The notes under the pieces: generated by a model | What the model saw: the letters and a program-made list of their open reading frames with translations, nothing else | Databases searched by the model: none | What the model was told of the DNA's origin: nothing | Program-made: the position numbers and the translations under genes | NCBI GenBank assembly: GCA_963841515.1 | Contig: CAWJDB010000010.1 | Location: 431,237 to 495,236, forward strand | Reading direction: 5' to 3' | DNA length: 64,000 bases | Source of the DNA: Pirellulales bacterium | GTDB lineage: Bacteria > Planctomycetota > Planctomycetia > Pirellulales > Lacipirellulaceae | Part shown: positions 1 through 10,618 of the stretch, in pieces | Layout: each line of letters opens with the position of its first letter | Position numbering within the stretch: the first letter of the stretch is position 1

Positions 1-115
1 GCAGCCAGCACAATGCGCCAGCTAACGCCTCGCCAACAGAATCGTCGTAATGTCTGAGTGAATAACCTGTGGCGGCCGGCTCGGACGCCGATGACTTCTT
101 GAAGTCGCTAACTAC

Positions 116-1393
116 TTGGAGCTCGACGAGGCCAGCGCGGCGTCCGAAAAGGCCGCAGGGCTTGCGAATAACAAACCGACCACGTTTCCCGATCAAACGC
201 TCGTCCATCGCAGCGCGCATTCCCGCCCCATGGAACCCCTCACGCAACTGCCGTTGAGCGAAGGAATCGTCGACTCGGCGCTCGCGTTTCGCGGCTACAA
301 CATCACCAATCTGGGCCGCACGCCCGAATTGCTTGCCGTCCCCGCCTATCGGGCGACGATTCTGCAGGAGTTCCAACGGTTCGGCGCCATCGGCGGCGAC
401 GTCACGGGCACGACCATCGACCTGCTGCGGATTGTCGAAGAGCGCCTGGAACCCGATCTCGATCACTACGGCGCCGCGGTGGCGCTGATCGTTGCCGTCG
501 CGTCGGCGCAACTGCGGCTGCTGCGAGAAGTCCATGGCGTCGACTACATGCGGGCGAAGCTCGTCTACGGCTACAGTCTCGGTGAGATGTCGGCCGTGTG
601 CGCGACGGGCGCGTTTGCCGCCGAAGATTTGATCCGCATCCCCCTGGCGATGGCGCGCGATTGCGGCGAGCTGGCTCGCGACGTGACGATGGGCGTGCTT
701 TTTTCGCGCGACGAGTCTTTGGCCGAAGACGAGGTGCGCCGATTGTGCGTGCAAATCACCCGCGAAGGCCAGGGGACCATTGGCGTGTCGAGCGTGCTGT
801 CCCCTAATTCGTACCTGGTGATCGGACAACGTGACTCGGTCGCCCGGTTCAAGGCGGCCATGCCCAAGTGGTTGCCGCCGGCGGTTCACTTGCGCATAAA
901 CAGTTACCGCTGGCCGCCGCTGCACACGCCCATCGTGCGACAAAGGTACGTGCCCGACCGGGCGTCGGTGTTGATGGAAGCCGTGCCGGGTCGCCCTTTC
1001 CCCGCGCGTCCGGCAGTCGTGTCACTGGTCACGGGCAAGAGGAATTACGACGAGTACAACGCCCGCGAAATCCTCCGGCAGTGGATCGACCACCCGCAAC
1101 GGTTGTGGGACGCCGTATGCGAAACGCTCGCCGCGGGCGTCAAGACGCTGATTCACGTCGGCCCCGAACCCAATCTCATTCCCGCCACGTTTTCTCGCTT
1201 GAGCGACAACGTGCGTCAGCAGACGCTCCGTCGCCGCCACATTCGCGCCATGTCGGAATTGGTGCGCCGGCCGTGGCTGGCGGCGCTGTTGCCCAGCCGC
1301 GCGTCGCTCTTGCGGGCGCCGTTTGTCCAGCAGATCGTGCTGGAGGACTGGCTGCTGGACCACGCGCCGCGACAGTTAGCCCCCGGTCACTGA
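116..1393 (+). CDS. Acyltransferase-domain protein (FabD-like malonyl-CoA:ACP transacylase superfamily)
   Basis: 425-aa ORF with nucleophile-elbow motif GYSLGE (GHSxG type). The real start is probably the M at 227 (MEPLTQ...). Confidence 0.55.
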   Translation: MELDEASAASEKAAGLANNKPTTFPDQTLVHRSAHSRPMEPLTQLPLSEGIVDSALAFRGYNITNLGRTPELLAVPAYRATILQEFQRFGAIGGDVTGTTIDLLRIVEERLEPDLDHYGAAVALIVAVASAQLRLLREVHGVDYMRAKLVYGYSLGEMSAVCATGAFAAEDLIRIPLAMARDCGELARDVTMGVLFSRDESLAEDEVRRLCVQITREGQGTIGVSSVLSPNSYLVIGQRDSVARFKAAMPKWLPPAVHLRINSYRWPPLHTPIVRQRYVPDRASVLMEAVPGRPFPARPAVVSLVTGKRNYDEYNAREILRQWIDHPQRLWDAVCETLAAGVKTLIHVGPEPNLIPATFSRLSDNVRQQTLRRRHIRAMSELVRRPWLAALLPSRASLLRAPFVQQIVLEDWLLDHAPRQLAPGH

Positions 1394-3172
1394 CCGGGGG
1401 CTAAATTGGACGCCAGCGGCGCCGCCTCGCGCAGCGGCAGCTCGAAGCACGCGGCTTCCTCGGCGTTGCGCACCACGAGGAGATTCCCCGCGAGGGCCGG
1501 GTTGTTCCAAGTAACGCCCTCGATCGCCTGCAGGTTGGCCAACTCGTGGTATTTCTTGGGAGACGCCTCGACGAGGATTAGCTCGCCCGATTCGCTCAGC
1601 ATCAGGATGACGTCGCCCACCAGGATGATCTGCCCGTGGCCGAACGTGGGACTGCGCCGCTTGTTCCATGTGGCGTGGCCGTCGCTCAGGTCCACGCATT
1701 GCAGGAACACGTCGTTCAACCCGTAGGCGAAGTCGTCGCGGATCACGACGTTGCCAAATTTCGTCTTCAGCACAGCCGGGTTTTTCCACACGGTCTCTGT
1801 CGTCCACTCGTCGCCGTCGCGCTTCACCTGGATCAGCTCGGCGCCGGCGCCGTAGCCCATCGACAGGAGCACGCGATCGTCGCCCACGGGCACGGGCTGC
1901 GCGGCGGCGGCGCTGGAATCGCTGCTGCTGGGCCATGAATGCCGCCACAGCTCCTGGCCGTCGTCGAGCCGATGGGCGGTGACGAAGCCTTCGTCGACCG
2001 ACAGAATTTGCCGCACGCCAGCCAACTCAGCCGCCAACGGCGAGGCGTAGCTGGAGGCGCAGGTCGCCCGCCGCCCAGGCCTGCTTGCCCGTACCCAGGT
2101 CGTAGGCGACGAGCGAGTTGCCCTCGGCGCCGCCGACGCTAATCACCACGCGCTGGTCGACCATCAGCGGCGAACCGGCCTTTCCCCACATCACCATGGG
2201 GGCGTCGTTCTCGGCCAGCGTGTCGTGACTCCACAGGAGCTTGCCAGTGCGGGCGTCGAGGCAGTTGACGATGCCGGTGGCGCCCTGAGCGATCACCCGG
2301 CCCTGAAAAACGGTTGGCGTCGCGCGGGGACCCGCGCCGCCGAGAGCGCCGCCGCCGCTGGGATCCCAACGCACCGCGTCGGCATGCGTCCACAACGGCT
2401 TGCCGGTGCGCAGCTCGTAACACACCACCAGCTCCTGGTCGCCGCGTTGCTCCTGCGTTACGGCGTAGTCGCCCACGAGGGCAAAGCCCGACCACCCGGC
2501 GCCGATCTTGTGCTTCCACAACTCGCGTGGGGGATGCTCCCGCCAATCAGTTTCGAGCGCGACGCCTTTCACCTCGGCCCAATAGCCATTGCCGAGAAAT
2601 CGCGGATAATCTTGCGGCGTCTCGCGCCAGTCAAGGGCGCCCCCAGCCGTCGTCTCCGGTGAAGTCAGGGCCCGATCGGGATCAGCCCACCGCCACCGCA
2701 CGCTCTCGATCCCAACGTCGCCATTGAGCACGACCTCGAAGGGCATCAGCTGCAGGTAATAGGCGGCCACGAGACCGCAGGCCGCCGCGGCCAACGACCA
2801 TCGCAAGCGTCGCGACAGGCCGCTGCGGCGCACCAGCCAGAGGGAATCGCCGACCACTGCGAGAGCGACCGCGATGTTAATCACCGTGTTGGTCACGCCA
2901 GGATCGACGTCGCTCCGCCATAAGACGGCGCAGCCCATCGCCAGCGCCAACGGCCAGGCGATGGGAAACCAGGCTCGTCGCGGTAGCGCTTGATCGGGCG
3001 CCACGGATGGCTCGGCGACTGACGAATTGACGGAAGAACTCATAGCCACATCATTCCTGGTCCGACCACGTAGCGCGCGTGCCATGTCCTCGTCCGCGTG
3101 GACATGCCTTGCCCCGTCGTCAACATGTCCACGTCGGCGGACCTCCGAGGACATGCCACCCACGCTCGGCAA
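1387..3172 (-). pseudogene. PQQ-like beta-propeller repeat protein with N-terminal TM helices; frame broken near 2030
   Basis: ORFs 2027..3172 and 1387..2037 overlap by 11 nt in different frames and both carry WxxxG/GxV beta-propeller repeats. Together they would make one ~590-aa protein. Confidence 0.5.
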
Positions 3173-3262
3173 CCAATCCTAAGTCTAGCTTTACCTGCCG
3201 GCAACGGCTGAACGATCGCAGCGTGGTTGCCAGCGGCGTCACGTCAAACTACAACCGACAGA

Positions 3263-4027
3263 ATGAGCACCCCTTCACAGCCACTCGCCGATTGCCGCGC
3301 GGTGGTCACCGGCAGCACCAGCGGGATTGGCCGTGCGATCGTCGTCGAGCTGGCCCAAGCCGGCGCAAGCGTGGTCGTCCACGGCCGCAATCGAGAGCGG
3401 GCTGAGAGCGTCTGCGCGTCGCTCCAGAAGATGAAGCGCGAGGCGACGGCGATTGTTACCGACCTGGCCGATGCCAGCGGTTGGGAAGGATTTGTCGACG
3501 GCCTGTGGCGCGAGCGGCCGATCGACGTGTGGGTCAACAACGCCGGCGCCGACGTGCTGACCGGCGACGCGGCAAACTGGACTTTTGAGCGAAAACTCGA
3601 AGCCCTGTGGCGACTCGACGTGGCGGCGACGCTAGGTCTGTCCCGCGCGGTCGGCCGCCGGATGCGCCAGCGCGGGCGCGGCGTGATCATCAACATTGGC
3701 TGGGATCAAGCCGAACTCGGCATGGCGGGCGACAGCGGCGAGATGTTCGCCGCCGCCAAGGGCGCCGTCATGGCGTTTACGCGCAGCCTGGCCAAGTCGC
3801 TGGCCCCGCAAGTGCGCGTCAACTGCCTGGCCCCGGGGTGGATCCGCACCGCGTGGGGCGAGACGGCCTCCGACTATTGGCAACAGCGCGCCACGCGCGA
3901 GTCGCTGCTGGGCCGCTGGGGCGAGCCGGAGGACGTGGCGCGGGCAGCGTGCTTCCTCGCGTCGCCGGCGGCGGCGTTTATCACCGGTCAAATCCTCGAC
4001 GTCAACGGCGGCCGCGCCGGTCCCTGA
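3263..4027 (+). CDS. Short-chain dehydrogenase/reductase (SDR) family oxidoreductase
   Basis: TGSTSGIGRA Rossmann motif, NNAG motif and C-terminal ITGQILDVNGG. The expected YxxxK reads FAAAK. Confidence 0.7.
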   Translation: MSTPSQPLADCRAVVTGSTSGIGRAIVVELAQAGASVVVHGRNRERAESVCASLQKMKREATAIVTDLADASGWEGFVDGLWRERPIDVWVNNAGADVLTGDAANWTFERKLEALWRLDVAATLGLSRAVGRRMRQRGRGVIINIGWDQAELGMAGDSGEMFAAAKGAVMAFTRSLAKSLAPQVRVNCLAPGWIRTAWGETASDYWQQRATRESLLGRWGEPEDVARAACFLASPAAAFITGQILDVNGGRAGP

Positions 4028-4140
4028 ACAATCCCTCCGGCCCCCTCGCCCTGGCGGGGAGGGTTGGGGAGGGGGGTTGAAGTGGACGGCGATTCGCCAC
4101 TTCTACACCCCTCCCCTAGCCCCTCCCCATCGAGGGGAGG
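4028..4140. repeat. Two REP-like GC-rich palindromic units (CCCTCCCC..GGGGAGGG..GGGGAGGGGGG)
   Basis: 4030..4078 is ~85% identical to 28905..28958. The GGGGAGGGGGG core is shared with the REP copies that flank the RAYT gene. Confidence 0.6.
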
Positions 4141-4160
4141 GCAGCGGAGGATCGAACATC

Positions 4161-5594
4161 ATGCCACGCGAGCACATCCATTTCGTCACCGGCCGATTGG
4201 CGGAGCATGCGCTCAAGTCCATCGTGGCGCCGCTGGCGGCACAGGCGGGGTTCGACTACACGATCGACGTGCTGCCGATCACCGTGGCCGCACTGATGAC
4301 GCCGGAGTGGATCGCCCGCCACTGCACGTGCCGCCGCGGCGACCACGCGGATCATTCTGCCGGGCTACTGCGAGGGCGACCTGGCGCCGCTCGGCGGCGA
4401 CCACGTCCGCCCGGTCGAGCGCGGCCCGCGCGACTTGCGGCAGCTTGCCGGCCTATTTCCTCCGCGAGCCGCCGCCGCAGGATTACGGCGCCTACGACAT
4501 CGAGATCATCGCCGAGATCAACCACTGCCCCGGTTGCCGCTGGACGAGATCCTGCGCCAGGCCGACGCAGCTGGCGCGCGACGGCGCCGATGTCATCGAC
4601 GTCGGCTGCGATCCGGGCGACGCCATGGCCGGCGTCGGCGACGCCGTGACGGCGCTGCGCGACGCGGGCATCCGCGTGTCGATCGACAGCCTCAACCGCG
4701 CGAGATCGCGCCGGCCGTGGCCGCCGGCGCCGAGCTGGTGCTGAGCGTCAACAGCACGAACCGCGACGCGGCGCCCGATTGGGGCGTCGAAGTGGTCGCC
4801 ATGCCCGACGTGCCGGCCACGCTCGAGGGACTCGACGAGACGATCGACTATCTGGCCCGCGCCGGGCGTGCCGCTGCGGATCGATCCGATCCTCGAGCCG
4901 ATCGGCTTCGGCTTCGCCGCCAGCTTGGGCCGCTACCTCGAAGTCCGCCGCCGCTATCCCGACGCCGAAATGATGATGGGCATCGGCAACCTCACCGAGC
5001 TGACCGACGTCGACTCGGCCGGCGTCAACGTGCTGCTGCTTGGCTTCTGCCAGGAGCTGTGGCATCCGCAGCGTGCTGACGACGCAGGTGATCAATTGGG
5101 CCCGCACCAGCGTCCGGGAGTGCGACGTCGCCCGCCGGCTGATGCATCATGCTGATCACGCACCGCGTGCTGCCCAAGCACCTCGAGCCGCGGCTGGTGA
5201 TGCTGCGCGACGCCGAAGTCGCAGGAAACGCCGATCGAAGCGCTCGCCGAGCTGGCCTGCGCAGATTCGAGATCCGAATTACCGCATCTTCGCCGCAGAC
5301 GGCGAGGTGCACCTGGTCGGCGCCGGCCTGCACCTGCACGACCGCGATCCGTTCGTCGTCATGGAACAGCTTCGCCGCGCCGGTCCCGACGACGGCCTGC
5401 CGAAAAATCTCGACCCGGGGCACGCCTTCTACCTCGGCTACGAAATGTGCAAGGCCGCCACCGCGCTCACCTTGGGCAAGACCTACCGCCAGGACGAAGC
5501 GCTCGACTGGGGTTTTGCGACGCAACCCGAGTCGCGCCACTACCTGAAGCGCTCGCGCGCCGTCGACCGGCGCGGGGAGCGACGATACGATTAA
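4161..5594 (+). pseudogene. Dihydropteroate-synthase-like pterin-binding protein (methanopterin-pathway DHPS-like); frame broken at least 4 times
   Basis: DHPS-like segments ([32 protein letters not shown]) are spread over six overlapping ORFs in all three + frames, starting at MPREHIHFVTG. Confidence 0.5.
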
Positions 5595-5597
5595 CGG

Positions 5598-7013
5598 ATG
5601 ACCGTCCCCCCTGCCCTGCCCTTGGTCGAACCACTGCCGGCGAGCCTCTCCGCCGTCGAAGCCTTCCAGCGACTTGCCAATCGGCCGCACGTCGTGTTCT
5701 TCGACAGCGCGGCGCATGACCCACGGGTAGGCCGGTACTCGTTCGTGGCGGCCGATCCGTTTCAGTGGATTGAGCGTGCGGCGACGGACGGCGACGCCTT
5801 GGAGGCTGTCGAGCAGCTGTGTCGGCGCTATGTCGGCGACCCGCGCCAAGATTTGCCGCCGTTCCAGGGCGGCGTCGCCGGGTTGTTTGGCTACGAGCTG
5901 GGGCGCACGCTCGAACCAGTTCCGGCGGCCCGCTACGACGACCTCCCGACGCCCGCGGTCGCGGTGGGCGCCTACGACGTCGTGGCGGCGTTCGACCACG
6001 CCGTCGGGCGAGGTTGGCTCATTTCGCAAGGCTTTCCCGAGACCGATCCAGACGCCCGCCGCAATCGGGCCACGGCCCGCCTTGCCGAGTTTCGATCGCT
6101 GCTTGCCGCGCCGCCAGGCGGATGTTGCATGGCGCCTCGCGAAATGCACGCTCCGCGACGACTTCGCGAATCTGGCGCCCCAACATGAAGTTGGCCCGCC
6201 CGGTGTTACCAGCAATCTTTCCGCCGACGACTACCGCCAGATGGTGCGCCGAGGCGTCGAGTATGTCCACGCCGGCGACGTGTTCCAGGTCAATCTGGCT
6301 CAGCGACTGCTCGCCAAGGCCCAAACAAATTCGGTAGACCTCTACCTGCACCTGCGCAATCGCAATCCGGCCCCTTATGCCGGCTATCTCGACCTCGGTC
6401 CTACGCAGGTCTGCAGCGCCTCGCCCGAGTGCTTCCTGACCGTCCGCGACCGTCACGTCGAGACGCGTCCGATCAAGGGCACCCGCGGCCGGTCGCTGCG
6501 CCCCGAGGCCGACCTGTTCGCCGGCGACGACTTGACGCTCAGCGAAAAGGACCGTGCCGAAAATGTGATGATCGTCGACCTGCTGCGCAACGACCTGTCG
6601 CGCGTGTGCCGGCCAGAGAGCGTGCACGTCTCGCAGCTATGCCGGCTGGAATCGTATGCCTTCGTGCAGCACCTGGTGTCGGTGGTGCGCGGCGAGTTGA
6701 AACCCGAGTGCACGCCGCTCGACCTCTTGCGGGCCAGCTTCCCGGCGGTTCGGTCACCGGGGCGCCCAAGGTGCGGGCCATGGAGATCATCGCCGAGCTG
6801 GAGCCCACCGCCCGCGGGGCCTACTGCGGCTCGCTCGCCTACATCGGCTTTGACGGCCCGATGGACGCGAGTATTCTCATCAGAACGATCACCGCCGGCC
6901 GCGGCTGGTGGCAACTCCCAGTCGGCGGCGGCATCGTCGCCCAGAGCGACCCCGACGAGGAGTACCGCGAAACCTGGCACAAGGCGCGGGGATTGCTGAA
7001 GGCCATCAGTTGA
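5598..7013 (+). pseudogene. pabB: Aminodeoxychorismate/anthranilate synthase component I, frameshifted twice
   Basis: The N-terminal Anth_synt_I_N-like part is in 5598..6188. The chorismate-binding motifs (GDVFQVNLAQR, IKGTRGR, DRAENVMIVDLLRNDL) are in 5770..6999. The C-terminal GGSVTGAPK...GGGIVAQSDP is in 6429..7013. Confidence 0.65.
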
Positions 7014-7017
7014 AAAC

Positions 7018-7133
7018 CCAATGAACAAATCCCAATGACCAAGCACCAATGACCAAGCACCAATGACCAATGACGGAGGAAAGACTGCTCTCGGCCAATT
7101 GGTCATTGGTGCTTGGTCATTGGTCATTACTCC
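7018..7133. repeat. Long imperfect inverted repeat (hairpin) made of CCAATGACCAAGCA units, lower GC, between pabB and pabA
   Basis: ccaatgaccaagcaccaatgaccaagcaccaatgaccaatgac ... ggtcattggtgcttggtcattggtcatt. Confidence 0.6.
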
Positions 7134-7136
7134 GCC

Positions 7137-7803
7137 ATGATTCTTCTCATCGACAACTACGACAGCTTTGTCCATAACCTCGCCCGGTATTTCCAGCGGC
7201 TGGGGCAGGAGACGGTCGTGCGTGCGCAACGACGCGGCGACGGCCGCTGACGTGCGCCGGCTGGCGCCGCAGGCGATCGTGCTGTCCCCCGGGCCGTGTA
7301 CGCCCGCCGAAGCGGGCTGCTCCGTGGATGTCGTGCGACAGCTTGCTGACCGAGTCCCCATCTTAGGCGTGTGCCTTGGCCATCAGGCAATCGCGGCCGC
7401 GTTGGGCGCCCGGATTGTCCGCGCCGCGGAACCGCGACACGGCCGCACCTCGCTGGTCGAACACTCGCCGTCCGGACTGTTCGCCGGCCTGCCGACGCCG
7501 CTGGTCGCGTGCCGATATCATTCGCTAGTCGTCGACGAGGCCACGCTCCCTCGGGAGTTGCGTCCCACGGCCCACGCCGACGACGGCGAGCTGATGGCGT
7601 TCGAGCACGAAACCCTCCCGGTGTTTGGCGTGCAATTTCATCCCGAGGCGACGCTCACCGAGCATGGCTACGCGCTGCTGGCGAATTTCTTGCGCCTGGC
7701 CGGCGTAGCCATTAGCGGCGATCCAGCGGCGCTCGCGGCGTCGGAAAATCGCACTCCGCCCGCATTTGAGTTCGCCGAGCCTGCGCTGCCAGTCACATTT
7801 TGA
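7137..7803 (+). pseudogene. pabA: Glutamine amidotransferase (PabA/TrpG, component II); frameshift near 7230
   Basis: N-terminus MILLIDNYDSFVHNL starts at ATG 7137 in frame 0. The rest (GVCLGHQ, FGVQFHPE) is ORF 7168..7803 in frame +1. Confidence 0.65.
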
Positions 7804-8441
7804 GAGAATTCGCCGCCATGTCTGCAGCCGACGCGCGGCCGCCTGAGCTAGGCGCCGACGGCCGCATATTGGAAGGCATTGTCACGACGCTCAACGTCGA
7901 CGGCAGCGCCAACATTGCTCCCATGGGGCCGATCGTCGACGAGCGCCTGGACTGGCTCTGGCTGCGCCCGTTTCGGACTTCGAGGACATTTGAAAATTTG
8001 ACTCGTCACGCTCAGGGCGTGTTTCATGTCACGGACGACGTCATGCTGCTGGCCCAAGCAGCGATTGGACAGCCGGATCCGCTGCCCGCGTCTATGTCCG
8101 CCAAGAAAATCGAGGGCGTGATCCTTGTCAACGCGTGCCGATGGTTTGAGTTTGAAGTCGAATGGATCGACCCTCACGAAGAGCGTTTCGCCATCTTGGC
8201 GCGCGTCGTCGACCGCGGCGTGCGGCGTGATTTCTTTGGCTTCAACCGCGCCAAACATGCCGTCGTCGAAGCAGCCATTCTGGCTACCCGCGTACATCTG
8301 CTGGACCGGCACGAAATCATGGCCGAATTCGATCGGCTTGCCGTCCCCGTCGCCAAAACGGGCGCCGCCGCCGAACGCGAAGCGTTCGAATTCCTGCGCC
8401 GCTATGTTACATCCCAGATAGAGCAATCTCGCCCAGGCTAA
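7800..8441 (+). CDS. DUF447-like protein; from memory this family co-occurs with methanopterin-linked C1 genes
   Basis: 213-aa intact ORF. The family assignment comes from memory of sequence character only. Confidence 0.35.
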   Translation: MREFAAMSAADARPPELGADGRILEGIVTTLNVDGSANIAPMGPIVDERLDWLWLRPFRTSRTFENLTRHAQGVFHVTDDVMLLAQAAIGQPDPLPASMSAKKIEGVILVNACRWFEFEVEWIDPHEERFAILARVVDRGVRRDFFGFNRAKHAVVEAAILATRVHLLDRHEIMAEFDRLAVPVAKTGAAAEREAFEFLRRYVTSQIEQSRPG

Positions 8442-8550
8442 TCCGCGCCGCGTCGTGTTAGCCGGCATCGTCTCGATGCCGCGTCCCGACGAGCGATCGC
8501 GCCGCCGCGACCGCGCCGGCCAACTCATCCCCCAAGTTGCAATTCGCCAC

Positions 8551-9510
8551 ATGCCCGTTTTTGTCTCCGCTCCCAGCCGCCTCCACTTTGGCTTGCTCCG
8601 CTTCGAGCAGCCCACAGGCCCCAGCTTCGGCGGCCTGGGCATGATGATCGACCGGCCGCGCCTTGAAGTCGCGGTGTCGGCGGCCGACCAGTGGAGCGTC
8701 GACGGCTTCGCCGCCGCTCGCGCCCGCGAAGCCGCCGAGCGGGCCCTCGCGTCGACCCCGGCCGCCCACAAGCCCTCGGCGCTGGCCCTGCGAGTGACCG
8801 CCGACGCCTCGCTGCACCACGGGCTGGGCGGAGGAACTCAACTGGCGCTGGCCATCGCGGCCGGCGTCCGCGCGCTCGTGGGCCTGCCTCCCGGCGACGC
8901 CGCCACGCTGGCCGCCGCCGTCGGCCGCGGCCAGCGCAGCGCTGTGGGAAGTTACGGCTTCGTCCACGGCGGGCTCATTTGGGAGCTCGGCCGTCAACCC
9001 AACGAGCCGTTGTCCGCGCTGGGCGCCCGCATCGACGACGCCGCCCGATTGGCGGTGCGTACTGGTGGACTCGCCGGACGACTGCGGTCTGAGCGGTCAA
9101 CTCGAACGCGACGCCTTTCAAGCGCTTCGCCCGATGCCGGCCGCGACGACCGAGCGACTGCGGGCGCTGGCGGAAGACGAAATCCTCCCCGCCGCCCGCC
9201 GCGCCGACCTCGATGCCTTCGGCGAAGGCGTGTACCGGTATGGCCGCCTCTCGGGCGAGCAGTTCGCCGCCGTGCAGGGCGGCGCCTTCGCGTCGCCTCA
9301 GATCGGCCAGCGCGTGGCGGCGATTCGCGCCCTGGGCGTGCGCGGCACGGGACAATCGTCGTGGGGGCCGACAGTGTTTGCCCTCGTCGCGAGCCAGGCA
9401 GAGGCCGACGCGCTGATGCAGGAACTGAAAGGGCACCCCGCGACCGCCGGCTGCATCATCGACGCAGCCCGGCCCGACAACCACGGCGCGCCTTTCAGCA
9501 TCAGGCCCGC
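8551..9510 (+). pseudogene. beta-ribofuranosylaminobenzene 5'-phosphate synthase-like (MptG, GHMP-kinase fold); frameshift near 9055
   Basis: MPVFVSAPSRLHFGLL and GLGGGTQLALAIAAG (GHMP-like) are in frame 8455. The continuation DSPDDCGLSGQLERDAF...GTGQSSWGPTVFAL is in frame 9065. Confidence 0.5.
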
Positions 9511-9571
9511 CCCGAGGGTAATCGCTTTTCAACCGGGCCGCCAAACCGCCGTCCCCGAAAAGCCAAAGAAT

Positions 9572-9605
9572 GTTGCTGAAAATGGCCGCGCACTTTGCTA
9601 CGGTG
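9572..9605. repeat. 32-bp repeat GTTGCTGAAAATGGCCGCRCACTYTGCTA (partner at 16529..16560)
   Basis: Near-identical direct repeat that brackets the mobile-element-rich segment. Confidence 0.55.
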
Positions 9606-9668
9606 GGGAAAGGGGGGGAAAGGGGGGGGGAGGGGGGAAAGGGGACATTCTACTTTATTGCCCCCTTC
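9600..9668. repeat. REP-like element copy a (..GGGGGGGAGGGGGGAAAGGGGACATTCTAC)
   Basis: G-rich run ending in GGGGACATTCTAC. It is inverted relative to copies b and c and sits at the 3' side of the RAYT gene. Confidence 0.6.
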
Positions 9669-9859
9669 CGCGGCCGACCCCGCGGCCGCAGCGTGAATTC
9701 CAGCCCGAGCTTCCCTGCCGTCCGCCGCTGCCACCTCGGCGCACCAAAAGGACTGCCCCGCACCACGCTCGTCCGCAGCGCCGCCAGTTCCGCCTCGGTC
9801 TGCGGCTGGTTCACCCACTGGAGCCAGTCGGCGCCGCGGGGAACCGGCCCCGGGTCCAG

Positions 9860-10340
9860 TCGCGGCGCCTCGACGCCGGCCGGCAGCACGACCAATCGAC
9901 GACCACGGCCAACGCTCCGCCTTCCGCACGCCCAGCGACTTGGCCCGCACGGGATTGCGCTCCACGTAGCGCAACACCGCCAGCAAATGTTCGTCGCGCT
10001 GAATGGGAAACGCCTTGAACCGACCCTGCCACACATGGCCGCTCGTGCCGTAATGCCGATGGTAGCGCCGCACGTGGCTGGTCAAGAGCCACTGCATCCA
10101 GCGGCTCAAGTCGCCGCCCTCGCGCGGCCACAGCACCAGGTGAAAATGATTGGGCATCAGCGAGTAGCCGACGATGCGCATCGAGACGTTCTTGACCCGT
10201 TCGCCGGCCTCGACCATCAGCTTCAGAAAGGCGGCGTAGTCGTCGTCTTTGTGAAACACCTCCTGCCGACCGTTGCCGCGGTTCAGGACGTGATAACAGT
10301 AATTGCCGGCCGAAGCCCGAGCCGTGCGAGGCATGCCCAC
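9860..10340 (-). CDS. REP-associated tyrosine transposase (RAYT; IS200/IS605 TnpA-like HuH Y1 transposase)
   Basis: YHVLNRGNGRQEVF...VGYSLMPNHFHLVLWP...HVWQGRFKAFPIQRDEHLLAVLRYVERNPVRA. The ORF reads on to 9501, but the domain ends at ~160 aa. Confidence 0.75.
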
Positions 10341-10369
10341 AAGCTAGTCCAGCCGCCAGGTCGTGTCAA

Positions 10370-10398
10370 GAAAAGTAGAATGTCCCCCTTTTCCTCCC
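10370..10398. repeat. REP-like element copy b (TAGAATGTCCCCCTTTTCCTCCCCC)
   Basis: Reverse complement of copy a. It lies just upstream of the RAYT start. Confidence 0.55.
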
Positions 10399-10618
10399 CC
10401 GACGCTGCGGACCTACGAGATGGTCTGCCTTTATCTGCAAGGCTGGGCCGATCAGCAGGAGCTGTTGGCGCAGCCTCGAAAAACTGAAGCCTCACGTCGC
10501 CTAGGCCCGCTCTTGCTCCCGAGCCGGCTCGCCTGATGCTGCGCCCTTCTGCCGCGCGGGGGCCGCTTCCTGCGCGCCGCCGCCGCCACCTCCTCAAGGC
10601 AGTCGTTTGAACGCGCGC

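Noticed and set aside
1376-2142. Long Arg/Pro-rich ORFs on both strands (1376..1948 minus, 1668..1982 plus, 1939..2142 plus); similar ones occur throughout, for example 8691..9092 and 58107..58415
   Set aside because: These are typical out-of-frame or antisense shadow ORFs of high-GC DNA. They have extreme Arg/Ala/Pro content and overlap better-supported genes.
9600-9668. Possible CRISPR or other array in the G-rich runs (GGGGAAAGGGGGGG...)
   Set aside because: There is no regular repeat-spacer periodicity. It is a REP-like palindromic element paired with an inverted copy across the RAYT gene.
9501-9860. C-terminal 120 aa of ORF 9501..10340 as part of the RAYT protein
   Set aside because: The HuH/Y1 domain ends near residue 160. 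The remainder is low-complexity read-through across the REP element with no stop by chance.
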